A stretch of 59,381 nt of DNA, counting the filler. It is 4 parts of 4 records of this genome, joined end to end, with 100 filler letters (N's around TTAATTAATTAA, not from the genome) between each part and the next. Parts side by side here need not be neighbours in the genome. Positions count along the whole stretch, not along the records: positions 1 to 14,986 come from SRR31156797_15980; positions 15,087 to 43,535 come from SRR31156797_16014; 2 more parts are not named here. The stretch is one strand, 5' to 3'. Below are positions 10,095-19,083 of the stretch, in pieces; the first letter of the stretch is position 1; each line of letters starts with the position of its first letter. A program made the position numbers and the translations under genes. Under the pieces are notes generated by a model, which had not been told where the DNA came from, ran no database searches, and was given only the letters and a program-made list of their open reading frames with translations.

Positions 10095-10622
10095 ATGCCT
10101 TTGAACGAACCGGCGATCAATGATATTGGAATTGTCGATGTCACGTTTGGGCGTGACGTATCGGTTTGGAATCCGGTCAATCTTTACGGCTGCACAATCG
10201 GCGACAATTGCTTCGTTGGACCTTTCGTTGAAATCCAGAAAGACGCTGTAATCGGCAACCGGACGCGTGTGCAGTCTCACTGCTTCATTTGTGATTTGGT
10301 GACGATTGGCGAAGATTGTTTTATCGGCCACGGCGTCATGTTCATTAACGATTCATTCGAAACTGGAAAACCGGCCCGCGGTCGTAAGGAACTATGGAAA
10401 CCAACGCATATCGGAAACAACGTCAGCATCGGGTCGAATGCAACGATTCTCCCGGTATCGATATGCGATCATGTCGTCATCGGCGCCGGTGCGGTTGTTT
10501 CCAAGAACATCACGATACCAGGCACCTATCACGGTAGTCCGGCACGTTTGGTGCGACCGTTCTCCGACAAAAACCCTGGAGAACTTGGGTTGGTTGAAGT
10601 TGATCGGCGCGGTAGAGATTAA
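10095..10622 (+). CDS. Hexapeptide-repeat (left-handed beta-helix) sugar N-acyltransferase, WbpD/FdtC-like
   Basis: Repeated hexapeptides (IGDNCFVG, IGEDCFIGHGVMFIND, IGSNATILP, IGAGAVV). Confidence 0.88.
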   Translation: MPLNEPAINDIGIVDVTFGRDVSVWNPVNLYGCTIGDNCFVGPFVEIQKDAVIGNRTRVQSHCFICDLVTIGEDCFIGHGVMFINDSFETGKPARGRKELWKPTHIGNNVSIGSNATILPVSICDHVVIGAGAVVSKNITIPGTYHGSPARLVRPFSDKNPGELGLVEVDRRGRD

Positions 10623-10623
10623 A

Positions 10624-11643
10624 TTGAACAGAAAATTCCTTGTTAAGATAGTGGTCCTATGGGGGCTGTTTTTTCTGATTTGCCTATCGTTGGGTTACCC
10701 CACATTGAACCGCTACGATTTAGAAAAAAACAACATCCCTGACACGCAGTACTATCATGATCTCATAGTTAATGGTTTTCGGGATACGGCTGAAAGCCAT
10801 TGGCGCTACCGGGTTCTGGTGCCTTATGTCGCAAAACCGTTTTACCACTTAAGTAAGGGACGGGTTGGCTCGTGGAGTCCGGTTGCATTTGGTTTGCTCG
10901 TCGCAAACGCGCTTTTTCTATCCTCTTCGGCCGTTGTTCTGTTGTTGATCACGTTCCAATTGTGCCGAGACATGCGTGCCGGCTTGCTTGCCGGCCTGCT
11001 GCTGCTAGCCAACTTCAATGTCTCAAATCTCTATCTGGCCGGTTTGATTGATTCTGGTGAGATATTTCTAGTCACTATCCTGGCTTGGTCGCTTATCAGC
11101 GGAAGCTGGATAACATTACCTGCCCTCGGTATTCTCGGAGGACTGACCAAAGAAACCTGTATACCGATATCTGTATCATTGGCGGGGGGATGGTTCCTCT
11201 ACGATTGGATAAGTTCTCGATTCAGTTTTAGAAACTTCGTGATGATTGTTGCACTTGGATTGGTCTCGCTTTCGACAATGGCCGCATTAAAATTTGCGGG
11301 CGCTGATCAGGTGTTTTGGCCTTGGGAAAATCTTGCCGGTGGATCCATGGTCAAAGGCGGATTTGTTTCCGAGTTTTTTGGACTGCTCGTCAATCGGAAC
11401 ATCTATTACACATTCAGTTGGTTGTTTCCGCTTGGAGCGCTTGGGATGCGATATGTTCCGCGCGGCTGGGTTTGGGGTTCGGCAGCAACGGCCATTGTCA
11501 TTTTGGTTCTGTCTGCAGGAATCGGCGTTGGGGACAACATCGGGCGACCGCTTTTCAGTGCAATCGGACCAATGTTGACCGTCGCCACTGCAATTTTCTT
11601 ATGGAGATTCTTAGCCGGAAACGAGAAGCCGGGGCGTAATTAG
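10624..11643 (+). CDS. Polytopic membrane protein, possibly GT-C-fold; probable TTG start at 10624 rather than 10306
   Basis: Many hydrophobic segments; loop after TM1 with D..YY and RYRVLVP; LTKE motif reminiscent of GT-C enzymes (inference). Confidence 0.7.
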   Translation: MNRKFLVKIVVLWGLFFLICLSLGYPTLNRYDLEKNNIPDTQYYHDLIVNGFRDTAESHWRYRVLVPYVAKPFYHLSKGRVGSWSPVAFGLLVANALFLSSSAVVLLLITFQLCRDMRAGLLAGLLLLANFNVSNLYLAGLIDSGEIFLVTILAWSLISGSWITLPALGILGGLTKETCIPISVSLAGGWFLYDWISSRFSFRNFVMIVALGLVSLSTMAALKFAGADQVFWPWENLAGGSMVKGGFVSEFFGLLVNRNIYYTFSWLFPLGALGMRYVPRGWVWGSAATAIVILVLSAGIGVGDNIGRPLFSAIGPMLTVATAIFLWRFLAGNEKPGRN

Positions 11644-11861
11644 TTTGGGGTCGATGTCTCCTGTTGTACATAATTCAACTAGGCAGGAAATCCATACCGC
11701 TTATAAACAGCGAAAGCTAAACCATTAGGGCCTGTAGAAAAACCGATCGCTTTTATCCCAATCCAAATCAGTTTATCCGCATTTCGGGTTCTATCGCCGA
11801 ACGGCTACAATACCAACGATCCCGTTTCAAACTTGCGGGATAAATCGAGAGTTCTTGTCGT

Positions 11862-12560
11862 ATGACGGAAATCAGTATTCTTATTCCCGTATTCAACGAA
11901 TCGAGCACCGTCATCCCTTTGCTGGAGTTGGTTAATGCCCAAACCGTTAAGGGATTCACCTTCCAGGTGATCGTGATTGACGACGGCTCTACCGACGACA
12001 CTTTATTCCTGCTGGAAAAGCGCTCAGATCTTTATGACTGCCTCGTTCGGCAACCGACAAACCAAGGGAAAGGCGCCGCGGTAATCGCTGGCTTGCACCA
12101 CGCTTCAGGCGACTACGTTCTTTTTCAGGACGCCGATCTCGAATACAACCCGGCTGAGTATGAGCGATTGCTGTTTCCGGTTAGGGAATTCAATGCCGAT
12201 ATTGTCATGGGTAGCCGGTTTTTGGCACCTCAATATACGCGAGTACATTACTTCTGGCACAAAATTGGAAACCGGTTGATCACACTTATTTTTAACGTGT
12301 TCTTTAATACGACCTTCTCGGACATATACAGTTGCTATCTCCTTTTTCGGCGGTCTTTGATAGACCCTAATGAATTGAAATCGACGGGTTGGGAACAACA
12401 TGCCGAGATCCTGGCTCGAACGCGCAAAAAAGGAGAAGTCTTTTACGAAGTTCCCATCAGCTATCACGGACGATCGTACGGTGATGGCAAGAAAATAAAG
12501 GCCCGCCATACCATTCCAGTGATACTTATGATTTTGAAACAGCGGTTTTTCTCTAATTAG
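11862..12560 (+). CDS. Glycosyltransferase family 2, DPM1-like
   Basis: IPVFNE, DDGSTD, NQGKGAA, QDADLEY, GSRF, EVPISYHGRSYGDGKKI. Confidence 0.92.
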   Translation: MTEISILIPVFNESSTVIPLLELVNAQTVKGFTFQVIVIDDGSTDDTLFLLEKRSDLYDCLVRQPTNQGKGAAVIAGLHHASGDYVLFQDADLEYNPAEYERLLFPVREFNADIVMGSRFLAPQYTRVHYFWHKIGNRLITLIFNVFFNTTFSDIYSCYLLFRRSLIDPNELKSTGWEQHAEILARTRKKGEVFYEVPISYHGRSYGDGKKIKARHTIPVILMILKQRFFSN

Positions 12561-12604
12561 GATTTGAACGGCAACGCTATGGCCAATTAAGGAAGGACGG
12601 TCGA

Positions 12605-13066
12605 ATGACAACGAAAATTGATCCGCTGACGGAAGAGGAAAAAGCCCTGTGGCCGCACGAACCGCTGGTCGAGCTTGAAAAACCTTTCGTTGACGATCGG
12701 GGCGCGATCCAGCCGCTTGTCGATATGATGATGAAAAGTGCGGTTCTAATTTCGTCCAAGAAAGGATCGTTTCGGGCCAATCATTACCACAAGACCGACT
12801 GGCATTTTTGTTATGTCTTGAAAGGCTGTATCGAGTACTACCATCGGACGACGGGTAGCGATGTCGAGCCGGAAATTCTTTTGGTTAAAGAAGGGCAGAT
12901 GGTTTTTACTCCACCCATGATTGATCATGGGATGAAATTCCCTATGGATACCACTTTTCTGACGCTTTCCCGGAACCCGCGGGATCAAGCCTCCTATGAA
13001 GCGGACGTCGTGCGCATCAACATGGTGGACACGGACGGTTTGACCTCATGGACACCCGAAGACTAG
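12605..13066 (+). CDS. Cupin-fold protein (NDP-sugar isomerase/epimerase-like)
   Basis: DDRG, RANHYHK and PPMIDH cupin motifs; AGGAAGG RBS. Confidence 0.75.
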   Translation: MTTKIDPLTEEEKALWPHEPLVELEKPFVDDRGAIQPLVDMMMKSAVLISSKKGSFRANHYHKTDWHFCYVLKGCIEYYHRTTGSDVEPEILLVKEGQMVFTPPMIDHGMKFPMDTTFLTLSRNPRDQASYEADVVRINMVDTDGLTSWTPED

Positions 13067-13073
13067 ATCGAAG

Positions 13074-14318
13074 ATGACGGCAGAACACCGAAAACGGACG
13101 AATTGTCGCCTGTGCGGGGGTGAACAATTGCACAACGTCCTGGCATTGACGCCGACCCCGCCGGCAAACGCTTTCATATCAACCGAAAATGCCGGGAAGG
13201 TCCAAAAATCCTTCCCGCTTGATCTCTATTTGTGCCTTGATTGCGCGCATGTGCAGCTCTTGGACGTGGTCGATCCGGCTTTGTTGTTCGAAGACTATGT
13301 TTACGTTTCCGGGACTTCCCCTGTTTTCATCCAGCATTTCAGGGAATACGCGGAAACCGTACTCGCGCGTTTGCAACCGCCCAAGAACTCCCTGGTCGTC
13401 GACATCGGTTCAAACGACGGCACCCTCCTCAGGTTTTTCGATGAGGCCGGATATTCCGTTCTTGGCATCGATCCGGCACGCCGGATCGCAGAGGTAGCAA
13501 GCGCCAACGGAATCGAAACCTGGCCTGCTTTTTTCTCGGCTGAGTTGGCGTCGCAAATTGTCGCGGATCGAGGCCCCGCCGCCGTGGTGACCGCGAACAA
13601 TGTATTCGCACATGCCGACGATCTGGCCGGAATTGTCGATGGCGTTCGCGCGCTATTGGCACCGGGCGGGGCGTTTTTCTTTGAAGTTTCCTATCTTGTC
13701 GACGTTTTCGAGAAAACCCTTTTTGATACCGTCTACCACGAACATCTCGCCTATCATACGGTGAAGCCGTTGGTGCTGTTTTTCCAAGCCCACGGCATGG
13801 AACTTATAGCCGCCGAGCGGGTCGACACACATGGCGGCAGCCTGCGCGGCATTGCCAAACTTGCCGACGGCACTTCTTCGGTCACTTCTTCTGTCCATGA
13901 CCTGATTGCTCTCGAAGAGGAAATCGGCATTGATCGCCCAGATACCTTCACGGCTTTCGGGCGGCGGATCAATTCGGTTAAAGCCGAGTTGACGACGCTT
14001 CTCAATCGACTGAAGGCCGAGGGTTTTTCAATTGCAGGCTTCGGTGCGCCCGCAAAAGCGACGACCTTGATGTATCATTTCGGGATTGGGCCCGATCTCA
14101 TTGACTTCATTGTCGATGACAGTCCTTTGAAACAGGGCATGCTTTCGCCGGGCCTGCATATTCCGGTACTTCCGTCATCGGCAATCTATGAACGAAAGCC
14201 AGATTATATCCTTATGCTTGCCTGGAACTTCGCAAAGCCGATTATGGCCAAGCACGCCGCATTCTCCGAGCAAGGAGGTCTGTTCATTGTTCCTCTGCCC
14301 ACGGTCAACATCTACTAG
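13074..14318 (+). CDS. NDP-hexose C-methyltransferase (TylCIII/NovU/TcaB9-like, zinc-binding N-terminus)
   Basis: CRLC...CLDC, DIGSNDG, NNVFAH, YHEH, THGGS, GAPAKATT, LAWNF. Confidence 0.93.
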   Translation: MTAEHRKRTNCRLCGGEQLHNVLALTPTPPANAFISTENAGKVQKSFPLDLYLCLDCAHVQLLDVVDPALLFEDYVYVSGTSPVFIQHFREYAETVLARLQPPKNSLVVDIGSNDGTLLRFFDEAGYSVLGIDPARRIAEVASANGIETWPAFFSAELASQIVADRGPAAVVTANNVFAHADDLAGIVDGVRALLAPGGAFFFEVSYLVDVFEKTLFDTVYHEHLAYHTVKPLVLFFQAHGMELIAAERVDTHGGSLRGIAKLADGTSSVTSSVHDLIALEEEIGIDRPDTFTAFGRRINSVKAELTTLLNRLKAEGFSIAGFGAPAKATTLMYHFGIGPDLIDFIVDDSPLKQGMLSPGLHIPVLPSSAIYERKPDYILMLAWNFAKPIMAKHAAFSEQGGLFIVPLPTVNIY

Positions 14319-14475
14319 ACCACGGATTTTCAGTTTTGGCTGTCGCTATGTCGCTTCTGGCCAATGCGGGGGACAATATCGCTTGACCAATGTTTAGTGC
14401 GTGCGGACCAGTGCTGGTCGCTTCGGCATCTATATTCCATTGGAAATACCTCACGAATGAAACCAACGGATCGAC

Positions 14476-14628
14476 ATGACTGATCGCACGGCTAACTCCA
14501 GTTCGCCTCCAAAGTCGAATAAGTGGGTCGAAATCCTTCTGTTTGCGTGGATGGTTGCCGTCATATTGCTGTATTTCGTTCAGTTCCGACAGATCGCCGC
14601 ATCCCTGCTTGAAGCGCTATGGAAATAG
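14476..14628 (+). CDS. Small single-TM protein (50 aa; absent from ORF track)
   Basis: Manual translation MTDRTANSSSPPKSNKWVEILLFAWMVAVILLYFVQFRQIAASLLEALWK; GGA upstream; stop overlaps the next start. Confidence 0.55.
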   Translation: MTDRTANSSSPPKSNKWVEILLFAWMVAVILLYFVQFRQIAASLLEALWK

Positions 14629-14986
14629 TAATTTCAAGCGTAGCCGTGATTGTCCTGCTGCTGTCGTGTTTGGGCAGTGGCGTCATGGTCCTACGCGCCA
14701 TCGGGTTTCAATACGACCTCGATGCCTTGGAAACTGCCAGCCTCGCCTTCGCTGTCGGTTTTGGCATTGTCGGGTGGACTTTTTTCTGGCTAGGAGTATC
14801 CGGCTTATTCTCTGCTGAGGCGGCTTTGATCACTTGCGGTCTTCTGTCTTTCGGTGCCGTCCGCTATTTTAGCCTCCCCTATCGGCAACATAATAAAATC
14901 CATATCGGTCGTTGGGACACACTCCTGCTCCTGCTTGTCGCGATTGCTGTTTGCTTCGATGGTTTCGAGGCCTTGGCACCACCTGT
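14619..14986 (+). CDS. Polytopic membrane protein, 5' part only (cut by contig end)
   Basis: Several TM segments ending at ALAPP, which resembles the start of the post-TM loop of ArnT/GT-C-like proteins. Confidence 0.6.
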
Positions 14987-15086
14987 NNNNNNNNNNNNNN
15001 NNNNNNNNNNNNNNNNNNNNNNNNNNNNNNTTAATTAATTAANNNNNNNNNNNNNNNNNNNNNNNNNNNNNNNNNNNNNNNNNNNN
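14987..15086. other. Artificial contig linker
   Basis: 44 N + TTAATTAATTAA (stops in all six frames) + 44 N; composition changes abruptly across it. Confidence 0.99.
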
Positions 15087-15214
15087 CCAGTACCGTCTTG
15101 ATGTTGTTTAAAACGGCGTTGAACATCCGTTGTAATACCACAATATAAAGAACGCTGTGGTGTGCGAACAAAATACACCCACCACAACGCCTGTTTGTTA
15201 ACGTTAGCCGTCAT

Positions 15215-15868
15215 CTATACCAGTTGTTCAATCATTGCACGCAGTTCTGCAACTTCCTGACGCAACTCTGCGACTTCTTGCTGCAACTCTTCTACTTTAT
15301 GATCTGCACCATTGCTCGTCACGTTCACTGATACATTCTGGGTTAATGCTTCCAGATCAACGTCACCAGAAAACAGATGCTGGTAACGTGATTCTCTTTT
15401 ACCCGCTTCGCGAGGCAACTTCACTACGAGTGGTTTATCACGTGATGCAAGCTTTTCTAAAACTGTCTCTGTTTCTTTAACGTCATTGAAAGAACAAAGT
15501 CGATTAGTGCGCGTACGGAGTTCGCCAGGTGTTTGAGGCCCGCGCAGAAGCAAACAACAAACAATGCCAAGCTCTTGTTGATCAAACTTAAGATCACCAA
15601 ATTCAGTATTGCAAAATCTATGTTGAAATTTACTTGCTCGACTATTGAAACCACTTTCATCACTGACTAAGTGACGTGAAATAAGAGAACTGACGACATC
15701 CTGCACTTCGGCATCAGACAAAGAAAGCACAGGCTCTCGGTTACTTTTCTGGTTACAAGCAGCAGTTAAACTATTGAGAGTAAGAGGATAGTAATCTGGT
15801 GTGGTGACTTCTTTTTCTATTAGGCAACCAATAACACGGGCTTCCAACGGCGTAAGTTCAATATTCAT
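15215..15868 (-). CDS. yceH: YceH family protein (DUF480)
   Basis: [52 protein letters not shown]; true start MNIELT with AAGGA RBS. Confidence 0.92.
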   Translation of the reverse strand: MNIELTPLEARVIGCLIEKEVTTPDYYPLTLNSLTAACNQKSNREPVLSLSDAEVQDVVSSLISRHLVSDESGFNSRASKFQHRFCNTEFGDLKFDQQELGIVCCLLLRGPQTPGELRTRTNRLCSFNDVKETETVLEKLASRDKPLVVKLPREAGKRESRYQHLFSGDVDLEALTQNVSVNVTSNGADHKVEELQQEVAELRQEVAELRAMIEQLV

Positions 15869-15911
15869 TCTTGTTTTCCTTATTATGCGAAACCCCTGTA
15901 ACCGACATGAA

Positions 15912-16115
15912 TTAATGCTCCGAATCAAGCCCAAGCTTTAAAATCTTACCCGTATGGTCAACGACAACGATCCGAGAGCGGTTGAGTTCAATCTCTACAT
16001 TTTGCAGATTTTTACGCTCACGCAAGTAAGCGTCTCGTATTTTGACGTTGTGGGAATCTTCAACGGGTGTTGGTTCTTGTTTTGAGACAACAATTTCAGA
16101 AGGCTGCATGGTCAT
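15912..16115 (-). CDS. Small hypothetical protein (67 aa)
   Basis: Plausible composition; co-oriented immediately upstream of yceH; no recognised motif. Confidence 0.5.
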   Translation of the reverse strand: MTMQPSEIVVSKQEPTPVEDSHNVKIRDAYLRERKNLQNVEIELNRSRIVVVDHTGKILKLGLDSEH

Positions 16116-16298
16116 TTCATTACTTTAGGTTTAACTGGCCACATCATATAGCGGTTGTTGAGTTAAGTACAATTAAGCCAGCGTCTAATTGGCTAATATT
16201 TGGACAAGTCACTGTAAGGTTTGATCTTAAGTCTGTTATGCGCCTTTACTATGTGCTTTAATCAGTGGTAGTTGCATTCATAATAGGAAAAGGGACCT

Positions 16299-16616
16299 AT
16301 GAACAGTGTATTTGAAATTGTAAGTTTGGCTCGTCGTAAAAACAAATTAAAGCGTGAGCTTATCGATAACGAGAAGAAAGTTCGTGACAACCGTAAACGT
16401 GTTGATCTACTTGAGAACTTAGTAGATTACATTAAGCCAGAAATGACTCAAGAAGAGATCATGGCAATTGTTAAGAACATGAAAGCAGATTACGAAGACC
16501 GTGTTGATGACCACATCATCAAGAGCGCAGAAATTTCGAAAGAGCGTCGTGACATCAGCCGCCGTATTCGTGAGCTAACAGAGCAAGATAAACAAGCTCA
16601 CCAAAGCAAGAAATAG
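16299..16616 (+). CDS. DUF496 family protein (YeeX/TmaR)
   Basis: [33 protein letters not shown] signature. Confidence 0.9.
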   Translation: MNSVFEIVSLARRKNKLKRELIDNEKKVRDNRKRVDLLENLVDYIKPEMTQEEIMAIVKNMKADYEDRVDDHIIKSAEISKERRDISRRIRELTEQDKQAHQSKK

Positions 16617-16637
16617 AACTCACTGCATACTATTTTT

Positions 16638-16663
16638 AAACCCGCCAAAAGGCGGGTTTTTTT
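16638..16663 (+). terminator. Intrinsic terminator
   Basis: AAACCCGCC-AAAA-GGCGGGTTT followed by a T-tract. Confidence 0.9.
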
Positions 16664-16871
16664 ATGTTTAATTACATTCCAAACAAAACTCACCCACCGC
16701 GAGGAAGGGTGCACATCGAATTGTGCTCAAAGTGAGATAGCTGGTTATAGGAAAATGTTGCTCATAACGTAACGCTGAGCAGTGCACATGAACGTGTCGA
16801 GTATTTAGAGCCGTTCCTGAGTTATCACCCTTCCCTCAACCATAAATTCAAAAAAAGCTCGCAATAAGATT

Positions 16872-16886
16872 TAATAATCATTATCA
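16872..16886. promoter_or_regulatory. Fur-box-like 7-1-7 site
   Basis: TAATAATCATTATCA, one mismatch to TGATAATnATTATCA. Confidence 0.5.
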
Positions 16887-16888
16887 TT

Positions 16889-16903
16889 TGTTATGTTATA
16901 ACA
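16889..16903. promoter_or_regulatory. Zur box
   Basis: TGTTATGTTATAACA matches the gammaproteobacterial Zur core, just upstream of rpmE2. Confidence 0.88.
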
Positions 16904-16917
16904 TCAATGGTGAGAAT

Positions 16918-17184
16918 ATGAAAAAAGGAATCCATCCCAACTACCGCACTGTTGTTTTTCACGACACCAGTGTAGACAAATATTTCTTAATCGGCTCAAC
17001 GCTTGAGACTGATAGAACAATCGAATGGAAAGATGGCAAAACATACCCGTACATGACGGTTGAAGTGTCCTCAGAATCGCACCCTTACTACACAGGTAAG
17101 CAACGTGTTGCCCACAAAGAAGGTCGAGTGGCTAACTTCAATCGCCGATTTGGTAACTTAGCAAGCAAGAAAGGTGAAGAATAA
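16918..17184 (+). CDS. rpmE2: 50S ribosomal protein L31 type B (zinc-independent)
   Basis: [18 protein letters not shown]...[10 protein letters not shown]...FNRRF; no Cys. Confidence 0.96.
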   Translation: MKKGIHPNYRTVVFHDTSVDKYFLIGSTLETDRTIEWKDGKTYPYMTVEVSSESHPYYTGKQRVAHKEGRVANFNRRFGNLASKKGEE

Positions 17185-17324
17185 TGAAAGTACTAAGTTC
17201 TTTGAAAAGCGCAAAGTCACGCCACCGTGACTGCCAGGTAGTAAAGCGTCGTGGCCGCGTTTATGTTATCTGTAAAAGCAACCCGCGCTTTAAAGCGGTT
17301 CAAGGTAAAGTAAAGAAAAAGTGA
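17184..17324 (+). CDS. rpmJ2: 50S ribosomal protein L36 type B (YkgO; absent from ORF track)
   Basis: Manual translation [51 protein letters not shown] overlap with rpmE2. Confidence 0.96.
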   Translation: MKVLSSLKSAKSRHRDCQVVKRRGRVYVICKSNPRFKAVQGKVKKK

Positions 17325-17336
17325 TCACATAACCTT

Positions 17337-17378
17337 CGTCCATACTAATACAACTTTCCCCTTAGGTTAGTATGGACG
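17337..17378. terminator. Hairpin between convergent genes
   Basis: CGTCCATACTAA ... TTAGTATGGACG, 12-bp perfect stem with 18-nt loop; no strong U-tract. Confidence 0.55.
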
Positions 17379-17399
17379 GTGTCATTTCAAGCAGCTCAA

Positions 17400-18680
17400 T
17401 TACACGCCTGGATCGTGAGAGCTGCTTTCTTTTGCAGCGGCTTGCTGCTGCGCCACTAAATTATCAAACTCACTAATTCTTGCCAAAAACTGGGGTTTGT
17501 CTTTCTTCGAAATAGATGAAGCCAGCGGTATATCAACTTTCATCGCATTGACTGCTCGATTTCTTACCAGTACTTCAAAATGCAGGTGTGGCCCAGTCAC
17601 TCGTCCTGTCGCGCCCGATAGGCCGATTTTTTGACCTCTTTTAACATGCTGCCCTTTTTTGACCAGAATCCTACTTAAGTGCAAGTAGCGCGTTTTGTAT
17701 ATACTGTTGTGTTCAATAACCACGTAGTTACCGGCATACGGGTGGTTACGAACCATGATGACTCGGCCTTCTCCGGTGGAGTATATGGGGGTCCCAGTCG
17801 GCGTTCCAAAATCTGTACCGTTATGCGGTGAAACGCGCCCAGTTACTGGATGTTTTCGATAAGGGTTAAATGAAGAAGTCACCCTTCTATAAAAATTTGC
17901 TACAGGGTAACGATTGAATGCTTGCTCTAAACTGTTGCCCTTTCTGTCATAGAATCGACCATCGTCAGCAAGGAATGCTGCCACTTCTCTTCCACGTAAG
18001 TTGAAGGAAATACCCTGCATTTCTGTATTGCCGGTGAAGTAACCATCAAGATACTGTCGTTTAACAAGCACATTGAAGTTATCGCCCGCCCTTAGGTCTC
18101 GAGCAAAATTAAGCTTATCTTTTAGTACTCGATTGATGTTTGCTATTTGTGCTGTGCTCAGTCCTAAACGATTCGCCGATAGCGAAAAACTGCCATTGAC
18201 TTCACCCGCATACAACTGCTGCTTCCACTCACCAGGCTCTTCAACGAACTCATAAGCAAAAGTGCCATCTTCATTTCTCGAATATATCGCTTTTTCTACC
18301 AATGACTCGTGATAAGTCAGTTTTAGTAATTGCTGCGTTTTTCCATCGAGAATCAACTCTAATCGGTCACCGGGCTTTATGGTGTCGAGTTTTAGCGAAG
18401 TCAAATCAGCTTCAAGGATTTTTTGCGTGACCTGATAAGGAATGTTCCAGTTCGCTAAGATTGATCCTAAGGTGTCACCATTCTTAACGAAATTATGTAC
18501 ACGAATAACGTGTGTTTCTATCGTCAGGCTCTTAACGCCCTCATGATTAACTGCATCATTATCATAAGGAGTAATCTTAATAGTGAACTCTTCTTTAGGT
18601 TGTGAAAACAACGTAAGTGCAGCAGCTAAGAAAAATGAAACGGCAGCAACAGAGATAAGCGTGGGTCTTATATACTTCAT
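17400..18680 (-). CDS. M23 peptidoglycan DD-metalloendopeptidase (MepM/ShyB-like)
   Basis: N-terminal hydrophobic anchor, LysM-like VKNGDTL, HNGTD (HxxxD), YLHL, GPHLHFE (HxH); Zur box upstream. Confidence 0.9.
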   Translation of the reverse strand: MKYIRPTLISVAAVSFFLAAALTLFSQPKEEFTIKITPYDNDAVNHEGVKSLTIETHVIRVHNFVKNGDTLGSILANWNIPYQVTQKILEADLTSLKLDTIKPGDRLELILDGKTQQLLKLTYHESLVEKAIYSRNEDGTFAYEFVEEPGEWKQQLYAGEVNGSFSLSANRLGLSTAQIANINRVLKDKLNFARDLRAGDNFNVLVKRQYLDGYFTGNTEMQGISFNLRGREVAAFLADDGRFYDRKGNSLEQAFNRYPVANFYRRVTSSFNPYRKHPVTGRVSPHNGTDFGTPTGTPIYSTGEGRVIMVRNHPYAGNYVVIEHNSIYKTRYLHLSRILVKKGQHVKRGQKIGLSGATGRVTGPHLHFEVLVRNRAVNAMKVDIPLASSISKKDKPQFLARISEFDNLVAQQQAAAKESSSHDPGV

Positions 18681-18706
18681 AAAACTAAGGCTGATTAAAT
18701 ACAATT

Positions 18707-18721
18707 TGATATGTTATAACA
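18707..18721. promoter_or_regulatory. Zur box
   Basis: TGATATGTTATAACA, 26 nt upstream of the M23 peptidase start. Confidence 0.8.
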
Positions 18722-19047
18722 TATATGGCGATATAATTCCCATATCTGAAGCCGTCGACTTTACAAAGTACACGAAAGAATTAAAAGCGATTTTTGTCCA
18801 TATGTAATAAAACTAACACAATATTTTTAAACGATTAAACATTGTCAGTGAACAACTCTACCAATTTAATCGCAAGTAAAGAATCACAAAGTCTCCACAC
18901 AAAGTAGCTTAGTGATTTTGGGGTACACTGTTCCAACGTAAAACTTACAACATTCTCTATGAGATCAGGATCTTATTTTTTGTCAATTAAATGACATACA
19001 TATTCTTTTGTGATTTAAATAACGATAATGAACCACGCAAGCAAGTA

Positions 19048-19068
19048 ATTTAAACCAGCGTTTCATTT
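19048..19068. promoter_or_regulatory. KdgR-like operator (candidate)
   Basis: ATTTAAACCAGCGTTTCATTT resembles AAATRAAACAnYGTTTCATTT. Confidence 0.45.
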
Positions 19069-19083
19069 AAAATAAGGATAATT

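Noticed and set aside
10306-10623. N-terminal extension of the 445-aa ORF, or a programmed frameshift fusion with the acyltransferase
   Set aside because: The extension overlaps the acyltransferase in another frame and is not protein-like; I saw no slippery site; TTG at 10624 follows the upstream stop directly.
124-14397. Numerous overlapping or antisense ORFs in the GC-rich contig (e.g. 504-1112, 2674-3276, 5070-5618, 6841-7347)
   Set aside because: Shadow ORFs of well-supported genes, with no recognisable motifs.
15031-15042. TTAATTAATTAA as a biological repeat (also at 43580-43591 and 49287-49298)
   Set aside because: Always centred between 44-N runs; a synthetic six-frame stop linker.
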